DNA from: Candidatus Latescibacterota bacterium
Lineage (GTDB): Bacteria > Latescibacterota > UBA2968 > UBA8231
Length of the DNA: 64,000 bases
Direction of reading: 5' to 3'
Assembly (NCBI GenBank): GCA_965223905.1
Contig: CBDCXV010000009.1
Coordinates: 640,001-704,000, forward strand
Shown here piece after piece: positions 18,669-28,354 of the stretch (its first letter is position 1; each line of letters starts with the position of its first letter). Under the pieces are notes generated by a model. That model was not told where the DNA came from, searched no databases, and saw nothing but the letters and a program-made list of their open reading frames with translations. A program made the translations under genes and the position numbers.

Positions 18669-19902
18669 ATGGCGACTATAATCGACGGCAAGAGGCGCAT
18701 TCCCTTCATGCGGGGAATGCTCGTGCATCACCTGATTCAGCTCGGCTTCGATTACGATCAGGCTTATGAGCTGGCGGATGATGTGCGCGCCGCCCTGCGC
18801 GAGAAAACGGATGTCGACAAGAAGGAGATCACCCGCGTCATCCGGCAGCTGCTCGCCACCCATCACAAGGACCAGCTGGTTGGCGACCTCGTTTTCTGGG
18901 AACCGCGGCCCATGAACGTTACCGTCGGCAGCAGGCCCTTCTCCAGGGAAATGTTGTCCAACTCGATCCAGGCTTCCGGCCTGCCGGCGGACCAGTCGTT
19001 CGAAATCGCCTGGGACATCGAGACCCAGCTGATAGACAGCCGGCGCGGTAACATACCGGACGGGGAATTGCAGGTGCTCGTCGCCGGCCTGCTCGGGGAA
19101 CGGCACGGCGTGGACTATGCGCAGCGCTACCAGGTCTGGCGGGCGTGGGGAGACCTCGACAAGCCGCTGGTTCTCATCGGGGGGGCGAGCGGGGTCGGCA
19201 AGACATCGCTGGCGATCGACCTTGCCCACCTGCTGAACATACCCCGCGTGGTGGCCACCGACGATATCCGGCAGATCATGCGTCTGACACTGGCGCCCGA
19301 GTTCATGCCGGCGATTCACACCTCCTCCTATTCAGCGTGGTCCTCCCTTCGGGATTCAGGCACATCCGATGCCGTCATCGAGGGATATAACGAACAGGCC
19401 CGGGTCGTCGCCGTCGGCGTTCAGGCCATCCTCGCCCGTTTGCACCGAGGAGAACAGCAGCGTCATCATCGACGGCGTGCACGTCCTATCCCCGTACATA
19501 GATCTCTCCCCGACCCGGGACGCGGTGTTCGTGGCTCCTCTCTGCCTGGCCGTGAGCGACCGCGCTTCCTACGCAGCGCGTTTCGCCAAGCGCGCTCGCG
19601 AAGCCCCCAAACGGCGGCCCAATCGATACCTCGACAACCTCGATCAAATCATGCACATCCAGGAATACCTCGTCGGCCGCTACGTGCAGGAGGACATTCC
19701 GGTGATCGACGCCGATGCGGTCGAGGATGAGACGAGCGCCGCGGTCATGGTAGTGGTAGAGCGGCTGCAGGAGCAGGAGGAGGTGCGCGCAAGGTTGGCG
19801 GTAAACGGGAAAAACGGCAAACCCGTGGGCAAGAAGAAGAAGAGGCGCAGGCAAAACGCAGACCGGTCGTCAAGGCCGCAACATGGGAAAGTGAGGGCGT
19901 AA
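18669..19902 (+). pseudogene. ATP-cone / 2-phosphoglycerate kinase-like P-loop protein split by a +1 frameshift (pseudogene or sequencing error)
   Basis: Frame 1: 'PFMRGML', 'PFSREMLSNSI', 'GGASGVGKTS', 'TDDIRQIMR', 'IHTSSY'; after an extra T at ~19440 homology continues in the next frame as 'CTEENSSVIIDGVH...YLDNLDQIMHIQEYL'. Confidence 0.75.
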
Positions 19903-19903
19903 A

Positions 19904-20320
19904 ATGCTTGGAAGGAAAGAGAACGGCACCGCTAACGGAAGCGGACAACCCCTCAACACGATCATCGGCAACGGCACCCTGTTCGAGGGCACCATGAAGG
20001 TTGACAACAGCGTCCGCATCGACGGCATCTTCAAGGGTGAGCTATCCTGTTCCGGAGCCCTGACCATCAGCCAGTCGGGGGAAGCGTACGCCCAGATCGA
20101 AGGGGTGGACATCTACATAAACGGCATAGTCAGGGGTACCGTGCGCGCCGAAAAGGTCCGCCTCGACAGCCAGGCGCGCTTCATCGGCGATGTCCATACC
20201 AGCTCCCTGTCGGTCTCCGAAGGAGCCGTCTTCCACGGCAACAGCGTCATGGAGACGGCCGGCGAAGTCGAAGAGCCGGAAAACCTGGAGTCCGCAAAGC
20301 TGCTGCCGATGGAGGGGTAG
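19904..20320 (+). CDS. Bactofilin (polymer-forming cytoskeletal protein)
   Basis: 'TIIGNGTLFEGTM....VRIDG.FKG', 'INGIVRGTV.A', 'FIGDV....LSVSEGAVFHG' beta-helix repeats. Confidence 0.9.
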   Translation: MLGRKENGTANGSGQPLNTIIGNGTLFEGTMKVDNSVRIDGIFKGELSCSGALTISQSGEAYAQIEGVDIYINGIVRGTVRAEKVRLDSQARFIGDVHTSSLSVSEGAVFHGNSVMETAGEVEEPENLESAKLLPMEG

Positions 20321-20417
20321 TATCCCGGCGGCCGGCTGCCATCCCCAGAGCACGCCGGCCAGACGATCCGTCCGCAAGGGAGAATCCGCAGCTCCCGCGG
20401 TCGTTGATCGCCTCAAC

Positions 20418-21440
20418 CTACCTGCGCATCAGGTAGAACCTGAGGTCGGGATATAACCGGATCGCAGGAGCGGGCAGGTGGATCCAGTTGAGTTGGGATT
20501 TCAGCGGCTTCCACCAGGCAGCATCACCAGGCATAAATCGGGCATCGAAGTCGAAGGCGATCAGGACCTCCGGTCGCCCGTCGGGAAGATCTTCGTACTC
20601 CCGAAAAGGCCCCTTGCTTTTGACGTTGCTCCCGTGGAGACCGATGGCGCTGTATCCCAGCGCCAGTCCGAGAAAATCAGGCCAGATGCGAGCCCCCCGT
20701 TCCGGAAGAAGCTGCTCGAGGGCCACTGTCATCCAGAACGTCATGCCCTGGTAGTCGTCGATCAGGTGATCGGTGTGAGGCCGCTCCTCTCGCGAGCGCT
20801 GGACGCGCTCCCGATAGAGGGGGGACGGCCAGTAGCTGAATTTGAAGCCGAAGGCGCGGCTCGGTGGACAGGTGGCGTAAACCAGCGGCACCGCCGCTCC
20901 CAGGGTGTTGAAGAAGAAATCCGGAATGCTGAACCCCCAGTGCACGAAATAGGCGTCGCGCATTTCGATTTCGAACAGCGCCCCCCAGCTCGTGAGGGTC
21001 CCCAGGGAGGTTGCCGACATGGTGCCGAACCCCGCCCATGAATAAGCACTCGAGAACAGGCTCGAGAGAAACAGGCCGCCCATGAAGTGGCCGCCCTTGT
21101 CGAGGTTCAGGTAGGTATCTCCCGACCAGTCGTTGATCCAGCGGATCGAGTTGCGCTTTTCCCCCTGGTACCAGGCGCGGTCGAAATAGCGGAACCCGAG
21201 ATAATGGATGGCGGCCCCGGCACCGCACAGGGCGAGCAACCGTTCGAGGCGGACGCGACGGTTTTCCGCCGGTTCGTACTCCTGGCCCGCAATATGGGAC
21301 GCCTTCGCATCGCTGGTGTCAGCCTCGGTTGCAGCGGGGCAGGTGGCGGCGACGGCCAGGAACAGGGCCGGAGAACAACGCAAACAGGCCGCCAGCTTGT
21401 ATCGCAATCGTCGGAACCGCTTTACCTTACAGGTGTTCAA
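20418..21440 (-). CDS. DUF2279/YfiM-like membrane protein (start uncertain)
   Basis: 'DKGGHF', 'WGFS..D..FN.LG', 'FKFSY', 'DDY.G.TFW'. Confidence 0.7.
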   Translation of the reverse strand: MNTCKVKRFRRLRYKLAACLRCSPALFLAVAATCPAATEADTSDAKASHIAGQEYEPAENRRVRLERLLALCGAGAAIHYLGFRYFDRAWYQGEKRNSIRWINDWSGDTYLNLDKGGHFMGGLFLSSLFSSAYSWAGFGTMSATSLGTLTSWGALFEIEMRDAYFVHWGFSIPDFFFNTLGAAVPLVYATCPPSRAFGFKFSYWPSPLYRERVQRSREERPHTDHLIDDYQGMTFWMTVALEQLLPERGARIWPDFLGLALGYSAIGLHGSNVKSKGPFREYEDLPDGRPEVLIAFDFDARFMPGDAAWWKPLKSQLNWIHLPAPAIRLYPDLRFYLMRR

Positions 21441-21510
21441 GTTGTTGTAGTTTATGTATTAAGGGGCAACGGCAATCGAAAACGCCGCCGACAGACGGGC
21501 CGCAGGGTAG

Positions 21511-23298
21511 ATGGCTGGCAGCGAGGGCATCAGCTCCCCAGGTTCCCGGCAGCGCGACCGGGGGCCGGGGAGCGGCGCACCGGTTCCAAGGCGCCGGCGC
21601 CCCGGCAGCAGGAGCGGCGCACCGTCGCCGGTTGGAGCCCAAGAGGCCACGCCGGGCTCTCGAGCGCGCCGGTGGCTCTCGAAGATCGTCTCTTCATGGG
21701 GGCCGTCACCGACCTTCCGCATTTTCCTCTTCCTCGGCGGCATCCTCTCCATCATGGCGTTTTTACTCTACAATGAGTACGTCATCGACCAGCTGAGGCG
21801 GCAGGAGAGAAACAGGGTTGCCCTCTACGCCAACCTCTACGGTCTGGCCTCGTCCCACCATCTGCACGAGGATGTCTCGGAACAGATCTGGAACACCGTA
21901 ATCTTCAACCCAGAGATCGACTTCCCCATAATAGTCACAGACCACCGGGGAGAGGTCGTGCTTGTAAAAGGTGACGGCCTCCCCGCGGCGGGCGACACGT
22001 CCGCAGCGGCCGCGGCGCGCCTGCGGCGGATCGTCGAGCAGATGGACGCACGGTATAAACCGGTGCGTTTTTTCGAGTCTCCCCTGGCTCGCGGCTTGGT
22101 CTACTTCGACGGCAGCAATCTCGTTCTCACCGATCTGTCAGGCCGGATAGTCACCTGGGCGCGCAAGGATCTTCCCGCCGGCGGTGATTCCACAGAGGTA
22201 GCTGCTGCGGAGGCGGCCGCGATGCTGCGGGTCCTTCGTGCTACGGTGACTCCGGATTCGCTGGCTGTCCCCGCAGACGGACGCAGCACTCTGTACCTGG
22301 ACGAGAACCGCTTCCTCGTCATCGATGCTTCCGGAAAGGCAGCGGTCTGGGGCGGCAGCCGCCTGCCCGCCGATCGCTCTTCCGCTGCCCTGGAGGAGGT
22401 ACAGCGCGCCGCCGCGGCATGGCCAGCCGGGTCCCCGCCGGTTTCGTTCCGCATACGCACGGAAAAGTTCATCCACTTCGGTCAGTCCGACATGATCGGG
22501 CAGATATCTTTCGCCCCCCTGGTCTCACTGGCAGTCCTGGCGATCTTCAGCCTTGTCGGCTACATCGGTTTCCGCAACATCCGCCGCAGCGAACAGCGCT
22601 CGATATGGGTCGGCATGGCGAAGGAGACGGCGCATCAGCTCGGCACCCCCCTGTCGTCGCTGGCGGGGTGGCTGGAGTTGATGGCGGGAGGCCGTGGGGA
22701 GATGCGGGAGCAAAGGGATGGCATCGTTCAGGAGATGCAGAAGGACATGCGGCGGCTGAACCAGATCGCATCCCGTTTCAGCCAGATCGGCTCCGTGCCG
22801 GAGCTGCGCCCTTCCGACCTCGGCTCGGTGCTCTCGGAAACCATCGGTTATTTCCGCGGACGCGGCCCCCAGTTCGGGCGCCATGTCTTCGAAGTCGACC
22901 TCGGCGATCTGCCGCCGGTTCCACTGAACGCGGAGCTGATGGGCTGGGCATTCGAGAATCTGTTCAAGAATGCCATGGATGCCATCGGGGGGAACGACGG
23001 AACCATCGCCGTGCGCGCCCGCCTGCGCGACCCGGACACCGTGAGCATCACTGTCCGCGACAACGGGCGCGGCATCGATGCCGACAGCATCGCCCGTGTT
23101 TTCGAACCGGGATTCAGCACCCGCAAGCGGGGTTGGGGACTGGGGTTGGCATTCGTGAAACGAATCGTGGAGGAGTACCACGGAGGCCGCATCCAGATCG
23201 CCCACAGCGCCGCGGGCTGGGGGACGACCTTCGAGATAGAGCTGCCGGTCCGGGGTGAGGGCACTTGCGCCGACGAACCGCGGTCAAGGGGAAAATGA
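21511..23298 (+). CDS. Membrane sensor histidine kinase with a triplicated extracytoplasmic module
   Basis: Two TM helices; H-box 'GMAKETAHQLGTPLSSL'; N-box 'ENLFKNAMDA'; 'DNGRGI', 'FEPGFSTRKRGWGLGL'. Confidence 0.93.
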   Translation: MAGSEGISSPGSRQRDRGPGSGAPVPRRRRPGSRSGAPSPVGAQEATPGSRARRWLSKIVSSWGPSPTFRIFLFLGGILSIMAFLLYNEYVIDQLRRQERNRVALYANLYGLASSHHLHEDVSEQIWNTVIFNPEIDFPIIVTDHRGEVVLVKGDGLPAAGDTSAAAAARLRRIVEQMDARYKPVRFFESPLARGLVYFDGSNLVLTDLSGRIVTWARKDLPAGGDSTEVAAAEAAAMLRVLRATVTPDSLAVPADGRSTLYLDENRFLVIDASGKAAVWGGSRLPADRSSAALEEVQRAAAAWPAGSPPVSFRIRTEKFIHFGQSDMIGQISFAPLVSLAVLAIFSLVGYIGFRNIRRSEQRSIWVGMAKETAHQLGTPLSSLAGWLELMAGGRGEMREQRDGIVQEMQKDMRRLNQIASRFSQIGSVPELRPSDLGSVLSETIGYFRGRGPQFGRHVFEVDLGDLPPVPLNAELMGWAFENLFKNAMDAIGGNDGTIAVRARLRDPDTVSITVRDNGRGIDADSIARVFEPGFSTRKRGWGLGLAFVKRIVEEYHGGRIQIAHSAAGWGTTFEIELPVRGEGTCADEPRSRGK

Positions 23299-24860
23299 TG
23301 GAGTCGAATCGGCGCAAGGTGTTGTGGGCTGACGACGAGATCGACATGCTCCGCTCACACTGCCTGTTCCTCAACGAGCGCGGCTACGAGGTAACCCCGG
23401 TCAGCAACGGCGAGGACGCGATAGCACTGATGCGCCGCGAGCATTTCGACATCGTGCTGCTCGACGAAATGATGCCCGGGCTCGACGGCCTCGCTACCGT
23501 CGAGGAAGTGAAAAACCAGGATCCCAACGTCCCTGTGATCATGATAACCAAAAACGAGGAAGAGCACCTGATGGACGAGGCCATCGGCCGCCGCCTCGAC
23601 GACTACCTGACCAAGCCGGTCAACCCGAGCCAGATCTTCATGGCCTGCCGGAAAATCCTCGACTCCAGGCAGATTCGCCAGAGCCAGGCCGGTCCGGCGT
23701 ACGTGTCGCAGGCCAACCAGATCCGCGAATGGCTTTCGGGAGCCCAGACGTGGCACACTTGGATCGACATCCACCGTCTGCTGTGCGAGTGGGACATCGA
23801 GATCTCGCGGATCGGCGACCGCGGACTGATGCGGATGATTGAGGACCAGCGACGCGAGTGCAACCAGGAGTTCGCCCGTTTTGTCGAGCGGGAATACCCG
23901 ACCTGGGTGAGGAGCGAGGAGGACTCGCCGCCGCTGTCGGTCGATGTCGTATCCGAGAACGTCGCGCCGCATCTGCAAGCCGGGAAACAGGTCTTCTTCA
24001 TCGTCATCGATTGCCTGCGGCTCGATCACTGGATGACGGTGGAACCGCTGATTTCGGAGTTTTTCAACGTGCGGCGGTCGCACTACTACTCGATCCTCCC
24101 CACGGCGACGCCCTACGCCCGCAACGCCCTGTTCAGCGGCCTCTTTCCAAGCGAAATAGCGTCGAAATACGAAGAGCTGTGGTCGGCGGGAAACGACGAC
24201 GAACAGAGCCTGAACCGCCACGAGCACCGCTTTCTTGACGACCTGATCGCTGCCGCGGGGATCGAACTCGCCGGGCCCACGCGCTACACCAAGATCCTCG
24301 AGGCGGGAGAGGGGCGGGATACGGCGCGCAGGGTGGATTCGATGGCGAATTCCCCGCTGGTAGCGCTGGTCTACAACTTTCTCGACATGCTGGTCCACGG
24401 CCGTTCCAACTCCGAGCTCCTGCGGGAGATAGCCCCTGAGGAGAGTGCCTTCCGCTCCCTGGTGCAGTCGTGGTTCGAGCACTCCTCGCTGTTCGAGCTG
24501 CTGAAGAAGGTTGCGCGTATGGATGCCGTCGTCGTCCTGACGACGGATCACGGAGCCGTGCGCGGCAGGCGTGCGACCATGGTCCACGCCGACCGTCAGA
24601 CATCCCCGAGCCTGCGCTACAAAAAGGGGCGGAACCTGCGCTGCGATTCGAAGGACGCCCTGCTGATTGCGGAACCGCTCGCGTACGGACTCCCCAACGC
24701 CGGGTTGGGGGGCAACTACCTGATCGCAAAGGAAGATTTCTACTTCGTGTATCCCAGGAAATTCAATGAGTATCAGCGCCACTACAAAGACAGCTTCCAG
24801 CACGGCGGCATCTCCTTGGAGGAGATGATCCTGCCAGTGGTCACCCTGGAGCCGCGATGA
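23295..24860 (+). CDS. porX: PorX-like response regulator (REC + PglZ/alkaline-phosphatase-superfamily domain)
   Basis: REC 'LWADDE...LLDEMMPG.DG..ITKNEEE...YLTKPVNP'; PglZ 'IDCLRLD', 'SILPTATPYARNALFSG', 'NFLDMLVH', 'TTDHG', 'FQHGGISLEEM'; upstream of tsaE. Confidence 0.85.
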   Translation: MMESNRRKVLWADDEIDMLRSHCLFLNERGYEVTPVSNGEDAIALMRREHFDIVLLDEMMPGLDGLATVEEVKNQDPNVPVIMITKNEEEHLMDEAIGRRLDDYLTKPVNPSQIFMACRKILDSRQIRQSQAGPAYVSQANQIREWLSGAQTWHTWIDIHRLLCEWDIEISRIGDRGLMRMIEDQRRECNQEFARFVEREYPTWVRSEEDSPPLSVDVVSENVAPHLQAGKQVFFIVIDCLRLDHWMTVEPLISEFFNVRRSHYYSILPTATPYARNALFSGLFPSEIASKYEELWSAGNDDEQSLNRHEHRFLDDLIAAAGIELAGPTRYTKILEAGEGRDTARRVDSMANSPLVALVYNFLDMLVHGRSNSELLREIAPEESAFRSLVQSWFEHSSLFELLKKVARMDAVVVLTTDHGAVRGRRATMVHADRQTSPSLRYKKGRNLRCDSKDALLIAEPLAYGLPNAGLGGNYLIAKEDFYFVYPRKFNEYQRHYKDSFQHGGISLEEMILPVVTLEPR

Positions 24861-25360
24861 CGAGGGAAGCCTTCGTGGAGGTACCTTCCTCCTGGCCGGA
24901 TCCGGATTTCACCGGTGGTGCGGCAACGACCCATTCGGCCGCGGAGACGCGGGCTCTGGGGGCTCGTTTCGCCGCTCTGCTGGGTCCCGGAGAGCTGGTC
25001 GCCCTCACAGGAGAGCTGGGGGCCGGCAAGACCTGCTTCATACAGGGCATCTGCGCCGGACTCGGGGTCTCAGAGACCGTTAACAGCCCGACATTCGTCC
25101 TGATAAACCAGTACTCCGGACTTCGCAAGGACATTGCGATTTCCATCTATCACTTCGATTTTTACCGCCTCTCGGGTGCCGGCGAGCTCGACAGCTTCGG
25201 GGCGGAAGAATTCTTCGACGGAGACGGCATATGCCTGGTAGAGTGGGCGGAGCGGGCTGCGGAGCGGCTGCCGCCGCGGCGCTGGCAGGTCGAAATGGAG
25301 TACGTCGGGGCCGGGTCGCGGTCGTTGCGCTTCTGCAAGCTCGGCATCGGCACAAGCTGA
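24857..25360 (+). CDS. tsaE: tRNA threonylcarbamoyladenosine biosynthesis ATPase
   Basis: 'GELGAGKT', 'NSPTF', 'YHFDFYRL', 'LVEWA'. Confidence 0.93.
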   Translation: MTREAFVEVPSSWPDPDFTGGAATTHSAAETRALGARFAALLGPGELVALTGELGAGKTCFIQGICAGLGVSETVNSPTFVLINQYSGLRKDIAISIYHFDFYRLSGAGELDSFGAEEFFDGDGICLVEWAERAAERLPPRRWQVEMEYVGAGSRSLRFCKLGIGTS

Positions 25361-25407
25361 CTACGGAGAGAGCCAGATTGCCGCACCTGCCAGGAAATCC
25401 GACCAGC

Positions 25408-26172
25408 ATGATCTTCACCGTGTTGTTGCTCTGCGCGAGCGCCTGGGCGCAAGAGGCGGAGCCGGTACGGCTGGTCGACAGCCCGACCGCCGGACTGACC
25501 TCCAAGGGGCGCTTCGGCGTGGACCTGCGGCTGTTCTCGAACGGCGGTGTAATCGGCGAGGTGAACGCCGGGATCCTGAAGCGCATTGCGATCGGCCTTT
25601 CCTTCGGCGGCACGGAGATCATCGGCGACGACGCGGTTTCCTGGTATCCCCGAGTAGAGGCCGCGGCTCGCTATCGCGTGATCGAGGAGAGTTCGGCAAT
25701 GCCGGGGGTAGCCATCGGATACGAAACCCAGGGGTACGGGGCCTACGAAGAGAACCGCTACCAGATAAAATCGAAGGGACTGTTCGCGGCGTTCAGCAAG
25801 AACTACTCCTCCGCCGTGGGCCAGTTCGGCCTTCATGCCGGAATCAACCTGACCCGCGAAGACGAGGACGACGGGGATCTGTCCGGGTGGCTGGGCGTCG
25901 ACAAGAGCATCGGCAGGCAGCTGTCGATCGTCGGCGAGTACGACCTGGCCATCAACGACAACGGAGATGACTCGCTGGGATCGGGAAAGGGCTACCTCAA
26001 CGTCGGCGCATACTGGTCTGCGGTACCGAACATCGGTATCGGCATTCTGCTGAAAAACGTTCTCAGAAATCGGGACGCGCCGGAATCCGGAGTCCCGGTA
26101 ATTTATCGGCAACTATCGGCGGATCCCGATATCAGCAGAGAGATATCCATCCGCTATACCGAGGAGTTCTGA
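25408..26172 (+). CDS. Secreted outer-membrane beta-barrel protein (YjbH-like)
   Basis: Signal peptide ending ...ASAWA-Q; 'LVDSPTAG'; alternating amphipathic strands; C-terminal Phe. Confidence 0.65.
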   Translation: MIFTVLLLCASAWAQEAEPVRLVDSPTAGLTSKGRFGVDLRLFSNGGVIGEVNAGILKRIAIGLSFGGTEIIGDDAVSWYPRVEAAARYRVIEESSAMPGVAIGYETQGYGAYEENRYQIKSKGLFAAFSKNYSSAVGQFGLHAGINLTREDEDDGDLSGWLGVDKSIGRQLSIVGEYDLAINDNGDDSLGSGKGYLNVGAYWSAVPNIGIGILLKNVLRNRDAPESGVPVIYRQLSADPDISREISIRYTEEF

Positions 26173-26174
26173 AA

Positions 26175-27479
26175 ATGCTGACATCCCGGGCGATTATGGC
26201 ATTGACTTCGTTGGTGCTGGCGATTCCGGCGTTCCCCCAGGAGGAGCGCGCTGTGGACCACTTCGCCGGGGTAGGGGTGCGGGCGATGGGGATGGGGGGA
26301 GCCTACGCAGGAGTAGCGGATGATTTCACCGCAACTTTTTGGAATCCGGCCGGACTGGTGCAGGTGCAGGGCCGGGAAGTCCATGTCGCCTTCCTGCGCA
26401 ACGGGGTCACCAACGACTCTGAGCTGAAAGGCACCGGTTCGAGTTCCGAGCTCAGCAACACGCGCTTCGGTTCGCTCGGGTTCGTCTATCCCTACCCGGT
26501 GTACAGGGGCAATCTCGTGTTCGCCGCCGGCTTCAATCGCGTCAAGGATTTCGACTGGAGCCTGCGGGAGCAGGCTTTCATTAACAGTCTGTCGCATGAC
26601 AACCACTTCAGCCATGAAGGGGAGCTCGCCATGACCACGGTGGCGGCCGCGGTTGACGTCTCCCCTTCGATCTCCCTCGGGGTCGCCGCCAGCCTGATTT
26701 CCGGGGAGGACGAGGCGGTCAACGAATACGAAGCGCTGGATGACGAGGACCACTTTCTCGAAAGGCGGTTCACGGCGAGAGAGGTCTTTGTCGACGACTA
26801 CCAGACGACCTACCAGGTCACCCTGGGCGCCATGGTCCGGTCGCCGGTGGTGCGGTTCGGGGCGACGGTCGGGACCGGACCGACGCACAAAGTCCGCTAC
26901 ACCTTCAAGGCACCTCCTAACGAAGGCTGGAATTCGATCGAATACGACGACGGCTCGGTGGTGGAAACCCCGAACGATCAGATAAGGGATTCCTACGAGA
27001 TCTCGTTGCCGCTCGAGTTCGGGGTGGGCGCGTCGCTGCGTCCCGTTCCCGGGCTGCTGCTCGCCGCCGGTGTCCACGTGGCCGAGTGGACGCAGACCGA
27101 GTATCGCGGCAAGGACGAAAGCGAAGTACGGGCAAACACCTCCTTCGAGTCTCAGTACCGGGACGGGACCCGCTACCACTTCGGGGTTGAGTGGCAGGTG
27201 CCGGTGGTGGCGCTCGACCTGCGCGCGGGGTACTACACCGACCCGCTTCCCTTCATCGGTCCGCGCGATCCGAATCTGGAGGAGGACGACGAGACGAATC
27301 CCCGCATAACAGCCAAGCGGGACCGCGCCTTCCTGACCTTTGGCGCCGGCCTGGAAATGGAGGAGGCCGTTGAAGTGAATCTCGCCTGGAACCACGGAAC
27401 CTTCGAACGGTTGGAGCGTCCCTTGCAGGAGGAGGTCACTGTCGACCGGGTCTTCATAGGGTTGTCATATCACTTCTGA
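26175..27479 (+). CDS. OmpP1/FadL/PorV-superfamily outer-membrane protein
   Basis: Signal peptide; 'GVRAMGMGGAYAGVADDFTATFWNPAGL' signature; ends 'GLSYHF'. Confidence 0.85.
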   Translation: MLTSRAIMALTSLVLAIPAFPQEERAVDHFAGVGVRAMGMGGAYAGVADDFTATFWNPAGLVQVQGREVHVAFLRNGVTNDSELKGTGSSSELSNTRFGSLGFVYPYPVYRGNLVFAAGFNRVKDFDWSLREQAFINSLSHDNHFSHEGELAMTTVAAAVDVSPSISLGVAASLISGEDEAVNEYEALDDEDHFLERRFTAREVFVDDYQTTYQVTLGAMVRSPVVRFGATVGTGPTHKVRYTFKAPPNEGWNSIEYDDGSVVETPNDQIRDSYEISLPLEFGVGASLRPVPGLLLAAGVHVAEWTQTEYRGKDESEVRANTSFESQYRDGTRYHFGVEWQVPVVALDLRAGYYTDPLPFIGPRDPNLEEDDETNPRITAKRDRAFLTFGAGLEMEEAVEVNLAWNHGTFERLERPLQEEVTVDRVFIGLSYHF

Positions 27480-27606
27480 CCTCGGCGCGAGGCTTGGATC
27501 GAATCGATACCGGGTGTATATTGAAGAGAAGGCTGCATGTGAAGGGTCGGGCCGCGGGTGCCAAAAAAAGACACAACAAGCTGAAAAACAGGAGGTTGTG
27601 TTCATC

Positions 27607-28323
27607 ATGAACAAAGACAAAGGAATCGTGGTCGTCGCTCTGGTCGTCGTCGCCTTGTCGTTGGGCGGATGTTACACGGTGCTGAAATCGCCGTACGCCG
27701 CCGATGATGCCAGGGAGGATGCCCGCTACGCCCGCTGGGAAGAGGAGAACCTCAGGGACAAATACGCACCTACCATCGGGCGTTTCGACGACGGCGACCG
27801 ATGGGATAGCCCGTACGACTATGGCCGCCAGGGTTTCCCGGTCTTCGGGTATCACTCCCAGTACGGCGCCTACGGTATGGGGGCCTATGGCAGCCCCTAC
27901 GGTGGGTATGGCGGCTACGGGGTGCCTTACGGCTACGGCAACGATCCGTACTACAACAACGGCTACGGTCCCTACGGCTACGGCTATGATCCATATTACG
28001 GGGACCCCAACGGGGTCTACGTACCTCCAGGATACGCGCTGGTGACCACGTCGGAGCTCGAGCAGGAGCAGCTGAGGGATATCCAGGTCCTCACCAATAC
28101 CACCCAGGATCACCTGCCGACGATCGATGAAGAGGCCGTGCGGCTGCAGAGGATCGAAACCGACAAGGAGAACTGGCAGCGTCGCAACACTCCCCGCGCT
28201 ACCAGAACCGCACCGACGACCAAGCGGGAGACAACCTCAACATCCTCCACCCCGGCCGCCAAGCAGGCGACGGAAAAATCTTCGGGCGAGTCGAATGCCG
28301 GGAGCAGGCGGGGCCGCCGTTAG
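27607..28323 (+). CDS. Lipoprotein with a Tyr/Gly-rich low-complexity domain and basic Ser/Thr-rich tail
   Basis: AGGAGG RBS; lipobox 'LSLGG-C'; 'YGAYGMGAYGSPYGGYGGYGVPYGYG...'. Confidence 0.75.
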   Translation: MNKDKGIVVVALVVVALSLGGCYTVLKSPYAADDAREDARYARWEEENLRDKYAPTIGRFDDGDRWDSPYDYGRQGFPVFGYHSQYGAYGMGAYGSPYGGYGGYGVPYGYGNDPYYNNGYGPYGYGYDPYYGDPNGVYVPPGYALVTTSELEQEQLRDIQVLTNTTQDHLPTIDEEAVRLQRIETDKENWQRRNTPRATRTAPTTKRETTSTSSTPAAKQATEKSSGESNAGSRRGRR

Positions 28324-28354
28324 CTTCAGGTTCAGCTAGCGAAAATCGCACGAC

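Noticed and set aside
23295-24860. PglZ domain as evidence of a BREX defence system
   Set aside because: It is fused to a REC domain in PorX architecture, and no brxC, pglX or brxL genes are nearby.
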